Positions 59,894 through 64,000 of a DNA stretch of 64,000 bases are shown one piece after another. The notes beneath the pieces were generated by a model. That model worked only from the letters and a program-made list of their open reading frames with translations. It ran no database searches and was not told the origin of the DNA. Origin of the DNA: Octopus sinensis (lineage: Eukaryota); the NCBI RefSeq assembly GCF_006345805.1, contig NC_043014.1, forward strand, positions 620,001 to 684,000, written 5' to 3'. The translations under genes and the position numbers were made by a program. Position 1 is the stretch's first letter. Every line of letters begins with the position of its first letter.

Positions 59894-61740
59894 CTCTGCT
59901 TGAACCATCGACGAATGGAGTCACAGGAGTGTCACTGTGCCTCACTGTACACAAATCACTTCAATGAGTCCCAGCCGTGGTGCGTACCAGGTCTCAGATC
60001 TCTGCAAACGAATTCAGCCATCTCTTCCTCGCCCCCACCCCCCTCTTCTCCCTACCCAAGTTCCTTCCAAGAGGGTCTTGGCAATGCCACTGGATATTGT
60101 TAAATGCCATTCCGGCTTAGCTTTCTTTTCTTTATCATTGTGGGGAGATCTTCATGAAGGCCAATATGCTACTAGATAGATTTTTTTAAAAATATTTTAA
60201 TGGACTTGCAGCCCACATCACAGCACGACGACCCAGGACGAAATACTAGCATAACCTCACATTCCCAGTGTCTGTCCGTCTGTCTCTCTTTTTGCTAAAT
60301 GCAACACAAGAAACTCTCTGACCTTGAGCCACTTATGCAGCTTTACAGTTAAATATGTGTATGTAAACACACACACACATACACGCTTTAATGATTGTGT
60401 GTAGGATGGCCTGAAATTTGAAGAGGGTGGGGGTTAATCAATTCCATTGAACTCAGGACTTGACTGGTACTTTATTTAATTGACCCAGAAAGAGCAAAAG
60501 GCAAAGTTGACCTCAGCAGGATTTGAAACCAGAAGCGTTTCTATGCAGTTTTTATCAAATTTCACTCTCAAGTTTTGGGTCAATTTGCAACAATGGTAAA
60601 TGAATCTCACCCAAGATGCAATGTAGTAAGATTGAACCTGGGTCCTTGTGGTTGCAGATTGAATTTCTTAAGCACTCAGCCATACTGGTGTCTCTAAACT
60701 GAAACCTTACACATCATACTAGCACACAAACCTGACATCCGATTCCTCCCTGAGCCACAACCCTATTGACTCTTTTTCAGCTCAAACTCCACTCACCCCC
60801 CTCTTATTCACCCGTTTCATCTCATTTGGTGATTTTGGCTCCCTCTGAATCCCTCCCACCATCACCAATAATTCTGACCAGATTTCTTCTGCCTCCACCC
60901 AATGACACTCACCTCACTTTGCCCTCCTCCAAAATCATCTTTCAAGACACAACATTTCTTGGTTCTGATGCATTCCCCCCCCCCCCCCGCTCCATCCCTG
61001 TGCTGATGCTGCCAATACAGAAACCAAACCATTTGCTGTTCATGAACCCTACATCAACGACTTCCACATTCCTGACTGACACACCCCAAACCCCCTTGAA
61101 CACTTCCTCACCTCCAAACCAACATCACACACACACACACACACACACCATACATGTGTGGCTGTGTGGTAAGAAGTTTGCTTCCCAACCACATAATTCT
61201 GGGTTCATTCCCACTGCGTGGCACCGTGAGTAAGGTGTCTTCTATTTTAGCCTCATTCTGACCTTTTGAATGGATGTCGTAGATGGAAACTAAAAGAAAC
61301 CTGTTTGTGTGTGTGTGTGTGTGTGTGTATAATCTATTCTTTTACTCTTTTACACGTTTCAGTCATTTGTGTGTGGCCATGCTGGAGCACACTGTCCTAA
61401 AAGGATTTCAGTCAAAGAAATCTACCTCAAGACTTATTCTTTGTAAGCCTAGTACTTGTTCTATTGTTCACTTTTGGTGAACTGCTAAGTTACAGGGACA
61501 TAAACACACCAACATAGGTTGTCAAGTGATGCTGGGGAGGGGGGCAAACACAGACACAAAAACGCACACACACAAATATACAAAAAAGGTCAACACGTGT
61601 GTGTGTCTTTGAGTTTGTTACCATTGCTTAGCCTGGTGTTGGTATGTTTACATCCCTGTATTCCAGCAGTTCAGCAAAAGTGACTGATAGAACAAGAATG
61701 AGGCTTAAAAAACTAAGTATATATATATATATATACATAC

Positions 61741-61784
<44 letters not shown>

Positions 61785-62046
61785 TCATCATCATCATCAT
61801 CATCATCATCGTTTAGCGTCCGCTTTCCCAGCTGGCAGGGGTTGGACGGTTCAACTGAGGTCTGGGAAGCCAGGAGGCTGCACCAGGCTCCAGTCTGATC
61901 TGGCAATGTTTCTACGGCTGGATGCCCTTCCTAACGCCAATCACTCCGTGAGTGTAGTGGGTGCCACCGGCACAGGAGCCAGGCGAGGCTGGCAACGGCC
62001 ACAGACGGATGGTGCTTTTTATGTGCCACCTGCACGGAGGCCAGTT

Positions 62047-62156
62047 GGGGCGGCACTGGCAACAGCCACGTAGCCGGGGCGGCGCTGGCAACGGCCACGT
62101 AGTCGGGGCGGTGCTGGCAACGGCCACGTAGTCGGGGAGGTGCTGGCAACGGCCAC
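62047..62156. repeat. 29-bp GC-rich tandem repeat x~4 inside a family D element
   Basis: ggggcggtgctggcaacggccacgtagtc and variants. Confidence 0.9.
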
Positions 62157-62789
62157 ACACACACACACCCGTGATGTGATTGTGTTTGTGGGTGTGTGTG
62201 TGTACAGCAGCAGGTTGACGAGAGCCAATTGTAAAACATAAGGATGTCGTTATTATTATTACAACTCTTGCTATAATTTATTTTATTATTACTATTATTG
62301 TTGTTGTTGTTGCTGTTCTTAAGAAGTGTAAAGTCTGTTGAAATGGGGTCATCACAGCTGGTTGACCAGCTGAAGTGCTGTGAAAGACAGGACTTGGGAG
62401 CAGGGAGGGGCGGAGACACATTAGGCTCACAGATTACACACACATACACATATACATACAGACACACATGTATACACACACACACAATTAGTCATCCCCT
62501 TAATCTTATTATGATGATCCCAGTATTACCATCGCCCCAGCACCAACAACAACCCATCAAGGGAACTGTTATGTGGATTCTTAGGCCCCTATGAATTATA
62601 AACTGCCATCACTGGAAAAGAAAGACACATTACATAATGTAGTCCTAGGTACACTGTGCTTAGATAAAAGATAGGCTGGAACATCTTAGATCATAAGTCT
62701 GTAAGATCAGGATTGAGCTGAGGCTAAACAGCAAGAAAAACACATCAGATAATGTAGTTCTAGGTAGACTTAGCCCAAATAAAGAGGAG

Positions 62790-63300
62790 GTCATAGCTGG
62801 AACAGCTTTGATTGTAAGGTGTGTTGGATCAGGACTGACCTTGGGTTAAATAACCCACAGCCACTGACCACTACCTTCGCTGACCATATCTTAACTGCTG
62901 GCCAAGCTGAACACCACCACACCAATCTAGGAATATCTTCAATTGTTATGGGCAATGTCCCTCCTCTTAGGTCAACAGGCAACAGATTCAGAAGAGCAGA
63001 GACCATTGTAGTAGTGGTTAGACAACACCAAGAGAGGACACAGCTTAAAAGGAGACAAGTATATCTAGGACTACACTAACCAAAGTGACTTTCGTTATTC
63101 TTAAGATGGAAGGATTTGATAATGCGTGTGTGGAGGGTGTAAACTAGGTGGAGTTAGGGTAGCCTTAAACAGGGGTTTAGTAATTGTTTAGAGCTCAAAT
63201 ATCTTCTGTTTCTGCTAAGTCTTCAACACAACAGTTGGGGGAAAGGGAAGAGGCAGTGTCCTGTTAGGGGACACAGGGAATTAGGGACTTGACATTGGCT
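62790..63300 (-). mobile_element. Highly decayed L2/CR1-like RT fragment
   Basis: Degenerate GVPQG-like segment near 63230-63280 and IEDIPRLVWWCS.W..KI near 62930; weak. Confidence 0.3.
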
Positions 63301-64000
63301 GGAATGAGTGAACAACAGAAATATAATTTACATCAACTTTCAGAAACCCCGTGATGAGAGACAAGTGTGTGTGTGTGTGTGTGTGTATAAATATGTGACT
63401 ATTTCATATAAACCAAGCCATCTCTCTCTCTCTCACACACATACATGCACACATCATACCAAACTGTCCATAGCTGCCTGTTCTACCTTGGTATGTTTGT
63501 GTGTCTGAGTATAATTTATGCATGTGTGTGTATGTGTGTATTTACATATTTCCCTGTTTTTATAAAAGCTGACACATAACTTCATACTCGCTCTCCCTCC
63601 TCTCACACACACACATCCCCCTCCTCCCTACAGACATTCATGCATGGATACACCTTCCTTCAGGTTCTCACGTAGATAACTTCCTCTTACACACATTAAA
63701 CACACATGTACACACACACCACACACACATATGAGCACACCTGCTTTTCTAGTGCCAACACACATGAAAAGAAATCCCCTCCAACACACACACACATCCC
63801 TACCCAAGCTCAAATATATTGTGGAGCATTTTTATAAATGACTGATTCAATAATAATAATAATAATAATTTAATGGCGTGCCAAGCTTCAGTGAGCTGCA
63901 AAATCGAGTCCATCTCTCTATTGTGTCTCCCCTGTAAGTTGTCTGTCATAAACCTCACCACTTCTCCTTATAATCTCTTTGATCTTTTTCACATACCTTT

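Overview
Eukaryotic, repeat-rich genomic DNA. The SINE/LINE repertoire and (TA/CA/GA/GATA)n microsatellites look like a coleoid cephalopod (Octopus); this is recognised from memory, not from a database search. Almost all ORFs in the supplied track are spurious. I reconstructed three protein-coding loci by hand. (1) The 5' seven coding exons of NSMAF/protein FAN on the minus strand (ATG at 22295, continuing off the left edge), all GT-AG with consistent phases. (2) An essentially intron-less FANCG-like TPR gene on the plus strand (28359-30640), split into two ORFs whose stop and start overlap (TGATG); it is flanked by a ~155-bp near-identical direct repeat and by CR1/RTE debris. (3) An unnamed type-I membrane protein on the minus strand (45707 to at least 57614), invisible in the ORF track: degenerate SUEL-lectin-like domain, CUB-like domain, TM helix and a Tyr-rich tail ending in an ITIM-consensus motif (STYATV). 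The rest is a young-looking CR1 LINE, RTE, Penelope, R4/NeSL-like and Helitron remnants, a piggyBac-type MITE family, at least three SINE-like families, minisatellites and intronic fold-back structures. No CRISPR, rRNA or genuine tRNA genes were found. The CR1 copy shows single-base losses only in homopolymer runs, so apparent frameshifts in this assembly must be treated with caution.
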